64,000 nt of DNA from an uncultured Anaerolineaceae bacterium (lineage in GTDB: Bacteria > Chloroflexota > Dehalococcoidia > Tepidiformales > Tepidiformaceae): assembly GCA_964474285.1 (NCBI GenBank), contig CAYYSD010000003.1, forward strand, positions 478 through 64,477. Reading direction: 5' to 3'. This document shows, piece by piece, positions 26,978-36,329 of the stretch. The stretch's first letter is position 1. Each line of letters opens with the position of its first letter. The notes under the pieces were generated by a model. The model did no database searches. It was not told the DNA's origin and saw only the letters and a list, made by a program, of their open reading frames with translations. The position numbers and the translations under genes are program-made.

Positions 26978-29254
26978 ATGGTGATTGCAACCGTTCAACC
27001 GAAAGACTGTCTCGCTCGTACAAGTGGGACGTTCACTGTCAGCGGACTTGATGGACCTGTGCGCATTGTGCGGGACCGTTGGGGCATCCCCCACATCAAG
27101 GCGCAAAGCGCGGGCGACGCGTTCTTTGGCCAGGGTTTCGCTGTCGCACAGGACCGGCTGTTCCAGCTCGAAATGCGCCGGCATATGGCCAACGGAACCT
27201 CGGCCCGATTCCTCAACAAGGGCCTTCTCCAGGCGGACATGCTCGCCCGGAAGATCGGCTACCGCCGCCACTCGCTCCGGGAATGGGAGGCGCAAACACC
27301 CGAAAGCCGGGTGATTCTCGAACGCTGGGCCGCTGGCGTGAACGCCGTGATTGCCACACAGCCAAAGCCGTACGAATTCCACCTGCTGGATTGGGAGATG
27401 GCGCCCTGGACGCCGGTCGACACGCTGGCCGTCATGAAGATGGTGGCCGTTGGGAACCAGTGGGCGACGAAGCTGCGCTGGGCGAAGCTTGCCGCGCGGC
27501 TCGGCATCGATGCCGTGAAGGCCGTCATCCCGGACCATGTGCCTGGCATGGCGCTCATCACACCGTCCGGGGCGCGCTGGCTCGACGACAAGCACCCGTA
27601 CCACGACGCGCTCCAGATGCTCGTCGATGAACCGGAGGGCACGGTCGCCGCTGGTGGCGGATCCAACTGCTGGGTCGTGGGGCCCACGCGGAGTACCACT
27701 GGCGCGCCCATCGTTTGCGGCGACCCTCATCTGAACGTCCGCATACCCTCCGAGTGGCACGTGATGACGATGGACTGCCCCGAGTTCACCGTCGCCGGTC
27801 CATGCACGCCGGGCGCGCCGGGGCCGCTCTACTACGGACATAACACCAGGATCGCCTGGACCATGACCCACGCGGGAGGCGACCGCTGGGACGTTTACCG
27901 CGAGCGTATCCGCCAGGGCGCGAACGGACCTGAGGCTGAGTTCGAAGGCCGCTGGGAGCCGCTGACCTTGGTGGACGAGATGTTCGAGGTTCGCGATGGC
28001 GACGCGGTCACGCAGCGCACCTGGTCCACACGCCACGGGTTCGTCTGCATGGGCGACCCCGAGAAGGACAGCGAAGTCGCGGCCGCGAACTGGGGGCTCT
28101 ACGAGCCCGGCCACGACTTCGACGCCCTGATGACGCTGTACACCGGGTCTACCATCGCCGACGCCCGCAAGGCGTTCCAAACCTACGACACGATTTCCGG
28201 CAACTTCTGCTTTGCGGATGCCGCCGGGAATATCGGCTACCAGTACTCCGGCCGCATCCCGAAGCGGCCCGCGTGGCTCTTGCCGGTTCCCGGGTGGGAC
28301 GGCCTGCACGAATGGCAGGGTTCCGTGCCCAAGGACGAACTACCGATGGACGAAAATCCGCCGAACGGCTACATCGCGACCGCCAACAACCGGACCACGA
28401 CTGCCGATTACCCGCACTACCTCTCTTTCGCTTCGGCCCTCTGGCGGGCCGACCGCATCGCGGAGATGTTCGCCGAGCGAGACCTCCTGGGGCTCGAGGA
28501 CATGCCGGTCATGCAGCGCGACCTCAAGTCGCTCTCTGCCCGCGATCTCTCCACCCGCTACCTGGCTGTGGCTACCGAGAATCCCGACGCCCTGGCGCTC
28601 CAGGACCTCCTCCGAGGGTGGGACTTCGTCACGGATGTCGATAGCGCCCCGGCCCTTGCCTACATGGAGGCGACCAACGCACTGCTGGATGCGACGGTCG
28701 TGCGCCACTACGGCGGCGACGCGTTCAATGCCGCGACCCCCGAAGGCGAACAGCGCTGGACCCTGCTTCGCGCGCTGCGCCTGGACGACCCCGCCGCGCT
28801 CGGCGACGCACCGGGCTGGGATGCCGCCATCGAGGCCGCGATGGCCTCCGCCATGCGCAGTCTGCGCGAACGCTTTGGCGCCGACACCTCACGCTGGCGG
28901 TTCGGGGATGCCCACTGGATGACGTGGCGCCACAATCTCGGACGCGACCGCGAACTCGGCGAAGTCTTCAACCTGCCGGACACCCCCGTCGGCGGCGATG
29001 GCGCCACGGTCTGGGCGACGCAGGCACGCTTCGGGCGAGGCTCCGACCACGGTGTTTCCTATCGCCAGATCATCGACATGCGCGACCCGAACGCGATGCA
29101 GATCGTCATCCCGCCGGGTAATTCCGGGCAGCCCGGTTCGCCCCATTACGGCGACAACGTTCAACGCTGGCTCGATATCGAATACCATCCGCTCTTCGTG
29201 AACTGGGCGGACATCGAAGCGAACGCCGAAGCGGAACTGACGCTGACGAACTGA
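26978..29254 (+). CDS. penicillin-acylase-family Ntn hydrolase
   Basis: The track ORF 26582..29254 overlaps the upstream gene. I chose Met 26978, with Met 26939 as an alternative. RDRWGIPHI..., AQDRLFQLE, the autoprocessing/nucleophile site GGGSNCWVV, and NPPNGYIATANN. No obvious signal peptide. Confidence 0.85.
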   Translation: MVIATVQPKDCLARTSGTFTVSGLDGPVRIVRDRWGIPHIKAQSAGDAFFGQGFAVAQDRLFQLEMRRHMANGTSARFLNKGLLQADMLARKIGYRRHSLREWEAQTPESRVILERWAAGVNAVIATQPKPYEFHLLDWEMAPWTPVDTLAVMKMVAVGNQWATKLRWAKLAARLGIDAVKAVIPDHVPGMALITPSGARWLDDKHPYHDALQMLVDEPEGTVAAGGGSNCWVVGPTRSTTGAPIVCGDPHLNVRIPSEWHVMTMDCPEFTVAGPCTPGAPGPLYYGHNTRIAWTMTHAGGDRWDVYRERIRQGANGPEAEFEGRWEPLTLVDEMFEVRDGDAVTQRTWSTRHGFVCMGDPEKDSEVAAANWGLYEPGHDFDALMTLYTGSTIADARKAFQTYDTISGNFCFADAAGNIGYQYSGRIPKRPAWLLPVPGWDGLHEWQGSVPKDELPMDENPPNGYIATANNRTTTADYPHYLSFASALWRADRIAEMFAERDLLGLEDMPVMQRDLKSLSARDLSTRYLAVATENPDALALQDLLRGWDFVTDVDSAPALAYMEATNALLDATVVRHYGGDAFNAATPEGEQRWTLLRALRLDDPAALGDAPGWDAAIEAAMASAMRSLRERFGADTSRWRFGDAHWMTWRHNLGRDRELGEVFNLPDTPVGGDGATVWATQARFGRGSDHGVSYRQIIDMRDPNAMQIVIPPGNSGQPGSPHYGDNVQRWLDIEYHPLFVNWADIEANAEAELTLTN

Positions 29255-29284
29255 CGACCCGGGGACGGACCACAGGAGGAAACC

Positions 29285-30316
29285 TTGAGCGACACGATTC
29301 GCGTCGGATTCATCGGTGCTGGAGCCAACACGCGGTTGCACCACATCCCCAAGCTCAAGGCGTTGGCGGGCGTCGAACTCGCAGCCGTCTGCAACCGTTC
29401 GATGGAGAGCGGGCAGGCTGTCGCCGCCGACTTCGGCATCGAACGCGTCACAACGGACCCCGAAGACATTTTCAGCGACCCTGGCATCGACGCGGTGTGC
29501 ATCGGCACGTGGCCCTACCGCCATCGCGAATACGCGGTCCGCGCACTGCGGGCCGGAAAGCACACCCTGTGCGAAGCGCGCATGGCTATGGACCTGGCCG
29601 AGGCGCGCGAAATGCTCGCCGCCGCCAACGAGAGCGGCAAGGTCGCCCAACTGGTCCCCGCTCCCTTCGACCTGCGCTGCGGGCGCACCATCAAGAAGCT
29701 CATCGACGAGGGCTTTGTCGGGCAGCCCACCGAGGTGTTTATCACGGTCGTGAACGACTCGGGGCTGGATCCGGCTCGCGCGCTCCATTGGCGCCATCGT
29801 GCGGAGTACTCCGGTAAGAACGTCATGTCCATGGGCATCTATGCCGAGGTCATTCAGCGCTGGCTCGGCGACACCACCCGCGTCGCGGCGAACGCAAAGG
29901 TCGTGGTCAGGTCGCGTGTGGACCCCGCCACCGGGGGAGAGGTCGAGGTTGCGGTGCCGGACAGTATCGGCGTCTTCACGGAGATGGCTTGCGGCGCCCG
30001 TGCCACCTACCTGTTCAGCACTGTCGCGCGAGGCCCATCAGCCGGGATCCGCGTCCACGGGACGGAGGGTTCGATCGCCTGGGAGGTGGGCGACCGCATG
30101 TCGGTCGCCAGGGCCGGCGAAGCCCTCACTCCGCGCGACCCTGAGCCCGAACTGGCCGGTGCCTGGCGCGTGGAGGCCGACTTCGTGGACTCCATCCGCG
30201 AAGGCAAGCCCGTCACCCTCACGTCGTTCGAAGACGGTGTGCGCTACATGGCCTTCACCGATGCCGTCCACCGCTCCTGGACCGAGGGCCGCGCCGTCCA
30301 TCTCGCCACGCTCTGA
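29285..30316 (+). CDS. Gfo/Idh/MocA-family NAD(P)-dependent oxidoreductase
   Basis: 343-aa ORF with a TTG start. The N-terminal Rossmann motif is IRVGFIGAGANTRLHHIPKL, followed by GKHTLCEARMA (EKP-like motif). Confidence 0.85.
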   Translation: MSDTIRVGFIGAGANTRLHHIPKLKALAGVELAAVCNRSMESGQAVAADFGIERVTTDPEDIFSDPGIDAVCIGTWPYRHREYAVRALRAGKHTLCEARMAMDLAEAREMLAAANESGKVAQLVPAPFDLRCGRTIKKLIDEGFVGQPTEVFITVVNDSGLDPARALHWRHRAEYSGKNVMSMGIYAEVIQRWLGDTTRVAANAKVVVRSRVDPATGGEVEVAVPDSIGVFTEMACGARATYLFSTVARGPSAGIRVHGTEGSIAWEVGDRMSVARAGEALTPRDPEPELAGAWRVEADFVDSIREGKPVTLTSFEDGVRYMAFTDAVHRSWTEGRAVHLATL

Positions 30317-30460
30317 TCCGCGCCCGGAGGGGGACTCACTCCTGCCGGAGAGGTGCTTCAGCGGTCCTTGAGCATTGCTGCGACATTGCCCCTCGCGGCC
30401 TCGAGTCGCATGCGCTGGTCCCGGCCGATTGAACCAGGGTTCAGTCTCGCTGCTTTGCGT

Positions 30461-31714
30461 TCAACTTTCGGCGAAGGCGCCCCGGGCGTGGAGGGCTTCG
30501 ATGGCTTCCGGCTCGAGGCCGGCCTCCGAGAGTATTGCGCGAGAGTCCCGTCCCAGCGTCGGCGAAGCGGTTTTCGCTTCGAGGGGCGTTTCGGAAAACG
30601 CGACGGGCGGAGCGACGACGGTCAGTCCGCCGAGGAGCTCGTGTTCGAGGCGAATGAGGAACCCGTTCGCCCACACCTGCTCATCGTCGAGCAGCTGTTG
30701 AGGCAGGCGCATCGGGCCGGCGGGGATACCGACTGCCGACAATCGCGCGACCCAGTAGTCCGTCGATTGCGTGCGGAAGATCGCCTGCACCCTTTCCAGG
30801 AGTTCCGTTACGTACTGTTTCGCATCGTCCGGCACGAAGTCAGGGTCGCTGGACCAGCGGTCTTCGAACCCCGCAACCTCCATCATCTTCTTCCGCAAAG
30901 GCCGCGCCATGGCAGCAACGGAGATCATGCCGTCCGCCGTCGGCAGGAAGCCGTAGTAGGAGCGGGCGATGGCGACCGGCTGCAGTTCTTCGCGTTTCGC
31001 GAGCACGTCCGCCCAGCTCTGGCCTTCCGCGAAGGCCGTCTTCAAGTACTCAATGAACTCGAGCCGCCAGCTGTCGACCAGGTCGATGTGGTTCATCCGG
31101 TTGTTCTGGAGGACCAGTGCAGCCTGCAACAGGGCCACATCCAGCTTCTGCCCGCGTCCGGTGCGCTCACGGTGATAGAGGGCGGTGGAGACGCCCCAGG
31201 CAAGAAGCAGCCCGGCGGTGTAGTCGATGATGGGTTCGCCGATCGGCGCTGGCCCATCTTCTGAGAGGCTTATGAGCCCCGAATAGCCCGAGAGTACGAT
31301 GTCCATGCCCGGTGCGTCGGCCATCGGCCCCAGGCGGCCATAGGCGGTGTTCTCCGCATAGATGATGCGCGGGTTCACCGCCGAGAGGCTCTCGTAGTCG
31401 ATACGGTGCCGCTCGGCCTGGCCCGGGCGAAAGTTCGCGACTACGATGTCGGCGTTCGAGCACAGGTTTTGGATGGCGGCGCGCGCGTCTGCGTCGTTCA
31501 AATCGACCGCGATCGAGCGCTTGCCGCGGTTCTTGTTCAGGTACTGGCGGCCTTCCGTGGGCAGGATTGGTCCGTTTCGGCGCGTCTCGTCGCCGTTGAG
31601 GGCTTCCACCTTGATCACGTCCGCGCCGCCGTCAGCGAGAAGCTGGCCGCAATACGGCGCCGCGATGAATCGGCCGAATTCGACCACCTTCAGGCCTGTG
31701 AATGGACCGGCCAT
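30461..31714 (-). CDS. family III CoA-transferase (single module)
   Basis: 417-aa ORF. FTGLKVVEFGRFIAAPYCGQLLADGGADVIKVE. The catalytic-Asp motif PIIDYTAGLLLAWGVSTAL is present. Confidence 0.9.
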   Translation of the reverse strand: MAGPFTGLKVVEFGRFIAAPYCGQLLADGGADVIKVEALNGDETRRNGPILPTEGRQYLNKNRGKRSIAVDLNDADARAAIQNLCSNADIVVANFRPGQAERHRIDYESLSAVNPRIIYAENTAYGRLGPMADAPGMDIVLSGYSGLISLSEDGPAPIGEPIIDYTAGLLLAWGVSTALYHRERTGRGQKLDVALLQAALVLQNNRMNHIDLVDSWRLEFIEYLKTAFAEGQSWADVLAKREELQPVAIARSYYGFLPTADGMISVAAMARPLRKKMMEVAGFEDRWSSDPDFVPDDAKQYVTELLERVQAIFRTQSTDYWVARLSAVGIPAGPMRLPQQLLDDEQVWANGFLIRLEHELLGGLTVVAPPVAFSETPLEAKTASPTLGRDSRAILSEAGLEPEAIEALHARGAFAES

Positions 31715-31723
31715 GCCGCTCTC

Positions 31724-32872
31724 CTATCCCCGGGGGAGCCCGAGCCCGCGGGTCGCGATGACGTTGCGCTGGACCTCGCTGGTGCCCTGCCCAACCGTGT
31801 TGCTGGCCGAGGCCACGTAGGCCGGCCCGAATTCTTCGCCGTGAAGCCCGTGTCCCGATGCCTGCGCCGCCAGGCCCAGAGCGTTGATCATGATGTTCGA
31901 CAGCTTCTGGTGCGTCTCCGCTGCGAGGAGCTTCACGATGGAGACTTCGTGGTTCGGCAACACGCCCTGTTCCCGGAGCCACGCGACACGGTAGCCCAGG
32001 ATTCGCACCGCTTCCACTACCCCGGCGCATTCCGCCAGCCGCATGCGGGTGGCATGGCTCACACCGCCAGGCGCTTTGCGTGCTGCGTCCAAAGCGTCGT
32101 CCATATGCCGCCGAAGGCCGCCGATGTGCGCGCCGCCGGAACGTTCGTAGTCCATGGTGCGAGCGTTCACGTACCAGCCGCGGTTCTCCTCACCCACGAG
32201 GTGGTCCGCTGGTACGCGAACTTCGTCGAGGAAGATCTCGTTGAAATGGTGGTCGTTCTGCATGTCGAGCAAGGGTCGCACTTCTACACCTGGCGCATGC
32301 AGCGGCACGATGATCATCGAGATGCCCCGGTGCTTTGGCGCGTTGGGGTCCGTTCTTGCCACGGTCCAGAGCAGGTCCGAATAGTGCGCGCCACTGGTGA
32401 AGCGCTTCCGCCCGGTGATGACGTACTCGTCGCCGTCGCGGACAGCCCTCGTCTCCACACTGGCGAGGTCCGAACCAGCGTTTGGTTCCGAGAGGCCCAT
32501 CGCGAACGAGACCTGGGCGCTTGAGATGGCCGGGAGATACCGCTTCTTCTGCTCGTCTGTCCCGAAGAGCATGATCGAAGGGCCGACCTGTTGAATTGCC
32601 CGGCGGTGATGCTCCTGGGGAGCGCCCGCGTAGGCCATCTCTTCCATATAGATGGTCTGCTCCATGATGCCTTTCGCCGCGCCGCCATACTCTTGCGGCC
32701 AGGCGATGCCGAGCATGCCCCGCGCCGCCGCCGCCCGGCTGAACACGGGGGACCATCCTGGGAGCTCTTCCGAACGGTGGTGGGCCCAAAAGTCTTCGGT
32801 CAGCGTCTCATTGAGGAACCCAAGGACTTCGGTGCGGAACTCGGAGTGTTCGGGCTTCAGGCGGAACTCCAT
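31724..32872 (-). CDS. acyl-CoA dehydrogenase (FadE-type)
   Basis: 382-aa ORF. WPQEYGG, GLSEPNAGSD and the C-terminal GQGTSEVQRNVIATRGLGLPRG. Confidence 0.9.
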   Translation of the reverse strand: MEFRLKPEHSEFRTEVLGFLNETLTEDFWAHHRSEELPGWSPVFSRAAAARGMLGIAWPQEYGGAAKGIMEQTIYMEEMAYAGAPQEHHRRAIQQVGPSIMLFGTDEQKKRYLPAISSAQVSFAMGLSEPNAGSDLASVETRAVRDGDEYVITGRKRFTSGAHYSDLLWTVARTDPNAPKHRGISMIIVPLHAPGVEVRPLLDMQNDHHFNEIFLDEVRVPADHLVGEENRGWYVNARTMDYERSGGAHIGGLRRHMDDALDAARKAPGGVSHATRMRLAECAGVVEAVRILGYRVAWLREQGVLPNHEVSIVKLLAAETHQKLSNIMINALGLAAQASGHGLHGEEFGPAYVASASNTVGQGTSEVQRNVIATRGLGLPRG

Positions 32873-32930
32873 GGTGATGCCTCCCTCTCGTGGTCACATG
32901 TGTTGAGACTGAACGGTCGAAGAACGCGCG

Positions 32931-33743
32931 TCACGAGAGATCGGCGTCCCATTTGAAGATGCGCTTTGCGTTTTCGGCGAAGAACAGGGGGACCGCATCC
33001 GGACGCAGCGACAGGGCGTCGAGGTCTTCGCGTGCCCGGGACCAGTCGATCGTCGGGAACTCTGTCCCGAAGAGCATCTTGTCTTTACCGCGGGTATTGA
33101 TGAACTGGACGAACTGGGGCGGCCAGTATTTCGGCGCCACGGAGGTGCAGGACATGAAGACGTTGTCCCAGTGCGTCATGACGGAGATCGCCTCGTCCGT
33201 CCACGGCTGGCCGCAGTGGGTCATCACGATGCGCAGTTCCGGGAAGTGGAACGCAACTTCGTCGAAGTAGATCGGGTTTTGGACCCATCCTGGACGTCGC
33301 GGGCCTGGCATGCCGGCGTTCATGCTGACCGGGATATCGAGTTCGATGGCTTTCACATAGAAGGGCCAGTCGATGCGGTCCGTGGGCGGAACCGAGTAGC
33401 GAAACGGGGGGATGCGAAGGCAGCGGACGCCGTGACGCTCGTGGTAGTCCAGCACGCGGCGGATCTCGGCCATGCCCTTCGTCGGGTCCACGATCATGGC
33501 GGGCAGAATCTTGCGCGGGAAGAGCCGGTTCGCCTCGCCCACCCACTCGGCATGGTCCGGCTGCATGATGCTGACGACGGCGGCCCCGACATCCGCGGCA
33601 TCGAGGGCGGAGATCAGGTTCTCGGGCGTCTTGATCGGCGGCCTGTTCGCGATGTCCTTGAAAAGGTAGGCCAATCCCGATTCGCCCTCCGAAAGGAAGC
33701 TCGAGTTGACCAGGGAGTCGATGGCGCGGATGCGGCCGTTCAT
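32931..33743 (-). CDS. amidohydrolase-2 family metal-dependent hydrolase/decarboxylase-like protein
   Basis: 270-aa ORF. The pattern IDS.VN..., PELRIVMTHCGQPW, MLFGTEFP, ENAKRIF is typical of the Amidohydro_2 (ACMSD/LigI-type) TIM barrel. Its start overlaps the TetR stop (33740-33743). Confidence 0.75.
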   Translation of the reverse strand: MNGRIRAIDSLVNSSFLSEGESGLAYLFKDIANRPPIKTPENLISALDAADVGAAVVSIMQPDHAEWVGEANRLFPRKILPAMIVDPTKGMAEIRRVLDYHERHGVRCLRIPPFRYSVPPTDRIDWPFYVKAIELDIPVSMNAGMPGPRRPGWVQNPIYFDEVAFHFPELRIVMTHCGQPWTDEAISVMTHWDNVFMSCTSVAPKYWPPQFVQFINTRGKDKMLFGTEFPTIDWSRAREDLDALSLRPDAVPLFFAENAKRIFKWDADLS

Positions 33744-34435
33744 GAGTTGCGTCCTCCAGCGTCAACTGCGTCCTCAGGCCCGACCGTCAGGCCGAGAAGA
33801 GAGAGTGCCGCTTCGCTGACCGCCTGGAAGGCCGGCGTCGGATCATAGCCCTCGCGATGGAGCCGCGACTGGATCGAGGCGCCCATGAGCGCACCGATGT
33901 AGAAGTCGAGCCAGAGTCCGCCCTCGATCCTGCGAAAGACGCCTCGTTCAACCCCTCGCCGGATCATTTCGATGATAGGCCCGCGGGCCGCGACGTTGTG
34001 AGCGCGAACATCGTCCCTCAGGGATGCACTCACGACTCCCTCCGAGCTCAGTGCGGTCTGAACCCGGATGAGTTCGGGGCGATCGAGCATCAGACGCGAA
34101 ATCAGGCGGACATAGAGCCGCATGAACCGCTCGGGGTCGCTGACACCCGCGAGCTCGTCGCGGATGGCCGCGCGATAGGCGTCCGTGATTTCGTGGGCGA
34201 CGGCGGTAAGAAGGCCGTCGCGATTCCCGAAGTGCCAGTAAATCGATGTGGGGCTGATAGCCGCCGCGGCAGCGAACATGTCGATCGTTGCTGCGCGAAA
34301 GCCAACGCGGGAGATGACGGTGAACGCCGCGTTGATGATGTCCTGCCGGGATCGTTCGCTCTGCTCTGCCCGGCTCGTGGCCGGGGTTCGCCGTGGACGG
34401 GCAGCCGCCATGCTCTTCCTCGCGTGTTCAGGCAT
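33740..34435 (-). CDS. TetR/AcrR-family transcriptional regulator
   Basis: 231-aa ORF. The HTH region is RSRQDIINAAFTVISRVGFRAATIDMFAAAAAISPTSIYWHFGNRDGLL. Confidence 0.8.
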   Translation of the reverse strand: MPEHARKSMAAARPRRTPATSRAEQSERSRQDIINAAFTVISRVGFRAATIDMFAAAAAISPTSIYWHFGNRDGLLTAVAHEITDAYRAAIRDELAGVSDPERFMRLYVRLISRLMLDRPELIRVQTALSSEGVVSASLRDDVRAHNVAARGPIIEMIRRGVERGVFRRIEGGLWLDFYIGALMGASIQSRLHREGYDPTPAFQAVSEAALSLLGLTVGPEDAVDAGGRNS

Positions 34436-34441
34436 CGGGTC

Positions 34442-35353
34442 TCACACCTTCCTTCGCGCATACGGACTCGTCGCCTCGTTGATCGCGTCAGCAAGGAAAT
34501 TGAGGCACAGGAGCAGGAACGCCAGCGTAGCCCCGGGGAAGACAGCGTACCACCAGGCATCGCGCAGGTTGGATTTGGAGGCGTTGAGAATTCCCCCGAG
34601 CGATGGCGCAGGCGGCGAATCGCCCAGGCCGAGGAACGAAAGGGCGGCGGACAGCAGCACTGCCCCGTTCATGGCGAGCGCGACCTGTGTCAGGAGCGGG
34701 GGCAACGCGTTTCGGGCGATGTGGCCGAAAATGATGCGCAGCGGCCCGGCGCCGAGCGCCTGCGACGCCTTCACGTAGTCCTTGTTCTTCTCTCCAAGCA
34801 TCTGTGCCCGCGAGAGGCGAATGAACGCTGGTATGTTGAAGAACGCGATGGCGATGCCGACATTCTGGTTGCCGCTGCCGAGGATGGTGAGGATCGCCAG
34901 TGCCGCGAGCAGCCCGGGGAAGGCGAGTAGCGCATCGACCACGCGAAGCATGATCCGCTCCGTCCAGCCCCCGGCGTACCCGGTAATGAACCCGGTGGTG
35001 ATCCCGATAACCGAACCGATCGACACCGCTCCGATGCTGATCAGGAGCGAACTCCGCAGGCCGAACAGCGTGCGGGCAAACAGATCGCGCCGCAGCTCGT
35101 CCGTGCCGAAGGGATGGTCCCACGATGGCGAAAGGAACCGGGCAGCGCCGGGATAGCTCTGGGAAATCGGGTTGTGCTGCGCGATCTGGCCCGCGAAGAC
35201 CGCACAAAGCGTGAGCAATACGAGTCCGCCGAGCCCGATGAGGCCCTGCGGGTTGCGGATGATGCGATCGACCGTTGCGAACGCCATCGACTCCTGTGAC
35301 TTGCGGCGTCGCCAGGAAGTAGGTGTGTAGGCCTCGTACGTCTGTGTCGTCAT
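34442..35353 (-). CDS. ABC transporter permease (DppC/OppC type)
   Basis: Start ATG 35353 overlaps the upstream stop (ATGA). HPFGTDELRRDLFARTLFGLR ... YVKASQALGAGPLRIIFGHIARN. The track ORF up to 35839 is an extension inside the upstream gene. Confidence 0.85.
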   Translation of the reverse strand: MTTQTYEAYTPTSWRRRKSQESMAFATVDRIIRNPQGLIGLGGLVLLTLCAVFAGQIAQHNPISQSYPGAARFLSPSWDHPFGTDELRRDLFARTLFGLRSSLLISIGAVSIGSVIGITTGFITGYAGGWTERIMLRVVDALLAFPGLLAALAILTILGSGNQNVGIAIAFFNIPAFIRLSRAQMLGEKNKDYVKASQALGAGPLRIIFGHIARNALPPLLTQVALAMNGAVLLSAALSFLGLGDSPPAPSLGGILNASKSNLRDAWWYAVFPGATLAFLLLCLNFLADAINEATSPYARRKV

Positions 35354-36294
35354 CCTCGGCGCACTCGCGGGTCCAGGAACCCGTAGGCGAGGTCCGCCAC
35401 GAGGTTCACGAATACGAAGATGGAGACGAGGATGACGAGCGTGCTCTGCACCACGAGGTAGTCCCGGTTCTGGATAGATTCGACGACCAGGCGGCCCATG
35501 CCGGGACGCGTGAACACCTGTTCGACGACGACGGCTCCAGCCATGACGCCGCCGACCTGGAGCGCGGCGATCGTGACCACGGGAATGAGCGAATTGCGGA
35601 GCGCGTGCCGGACGATGACAGTGCGCCGCGCGAGACCCTTCGCCCGCGCGGTGCGGATGTAGTCGTGTCCCATGACCTCCGCGACGGCTGTCCGAGTGTA
35701 GCGTGCGAGTACCGCCGCCAGTCCGGACCCAAGCGCCGTCGCCGGCAGGACCATGTGGCGAACGGACGAAAACGGGTCGTCGAAAAGGCCCACGCGACCG
35801 GAGGTGGGGAACCACCCGAGGACGACCGCAAAGACCCACAGCATCAGGATTCCCGACAAGAAGCCGGGAATCCCGATGGTGATCAAGGTGTAGCCGGAAA
35901 GCGTCCAGTCCCAGCCGGAACGTGGGTTCGCGCCCGCCATCACACCCAGCGGGATGCCGATGACCAGTGCGACCGCGTAGGCCACCACTGCCAGTTCGAG
36001 CGTGGGCGGCAGCGACGACTTCAGGAGGCGCGTCACGGGCAGGCCTGTCCGCAACGATTCGCCCATGTCCCCCCGCGCAAGGTCGCCAACCCAGTTGAGG
36101 TATTGAGCGGGGAGGGCATCGTTCAGCCCGAGCTGTTCGCGGATCTCCTCGACCCGTTCGGGGGTGGCGTCTTCGCCGGCCAATACTTCCGCCGGGTCGC
36201 CGGGGACGAGCCGAAGCACGAGGAACACAGCCACACTCGAAAGAAACAACACGGGCACCGCCTGGGCCATGCGCCCCAGAACATACGCGACCAC
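35350..36294 (-). CDS. ABC transporter permease (DppB/OppB type)
   Basis: 314-aa ORF. RLVPGDPAEVL ... HDYIRTARAKGLARRTVIVRHALRNSLIPVVT. Confidence 0.9.
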   Translation of the reverse strand: MVAYVLGRMAQAVPVLFLSSVAVFLVLRLVPGDPAEVLAGEDATPERVEEIREQLGLNDALPAQYLNWVGDLARGDMGESLRTGLPVTRLLKSSLPPTLELAVVAYAVALVIGIPLGVMAGANPRSGWDWTLSGYTLITIGIPGFLSGILMLWVFAVVLGWFPTSGRVGLFDDPFSSVRHMVLPATALGSGLAAVLARYTRTAVAEVMGHDYIRTARAKGLARRTVIVRHALRNSLIPVVTIAALQVGGVMAGAVVVEQVFTRPGMGRLVVESIQNRDYLVVQSTLVILVSIFVFVNLVADLAYGFLDPRVRRG

Positions 36295-36329
36295 CGGCTC
36301 ACCTCAAGGTTTGGATGTCTGCCCCCGAC

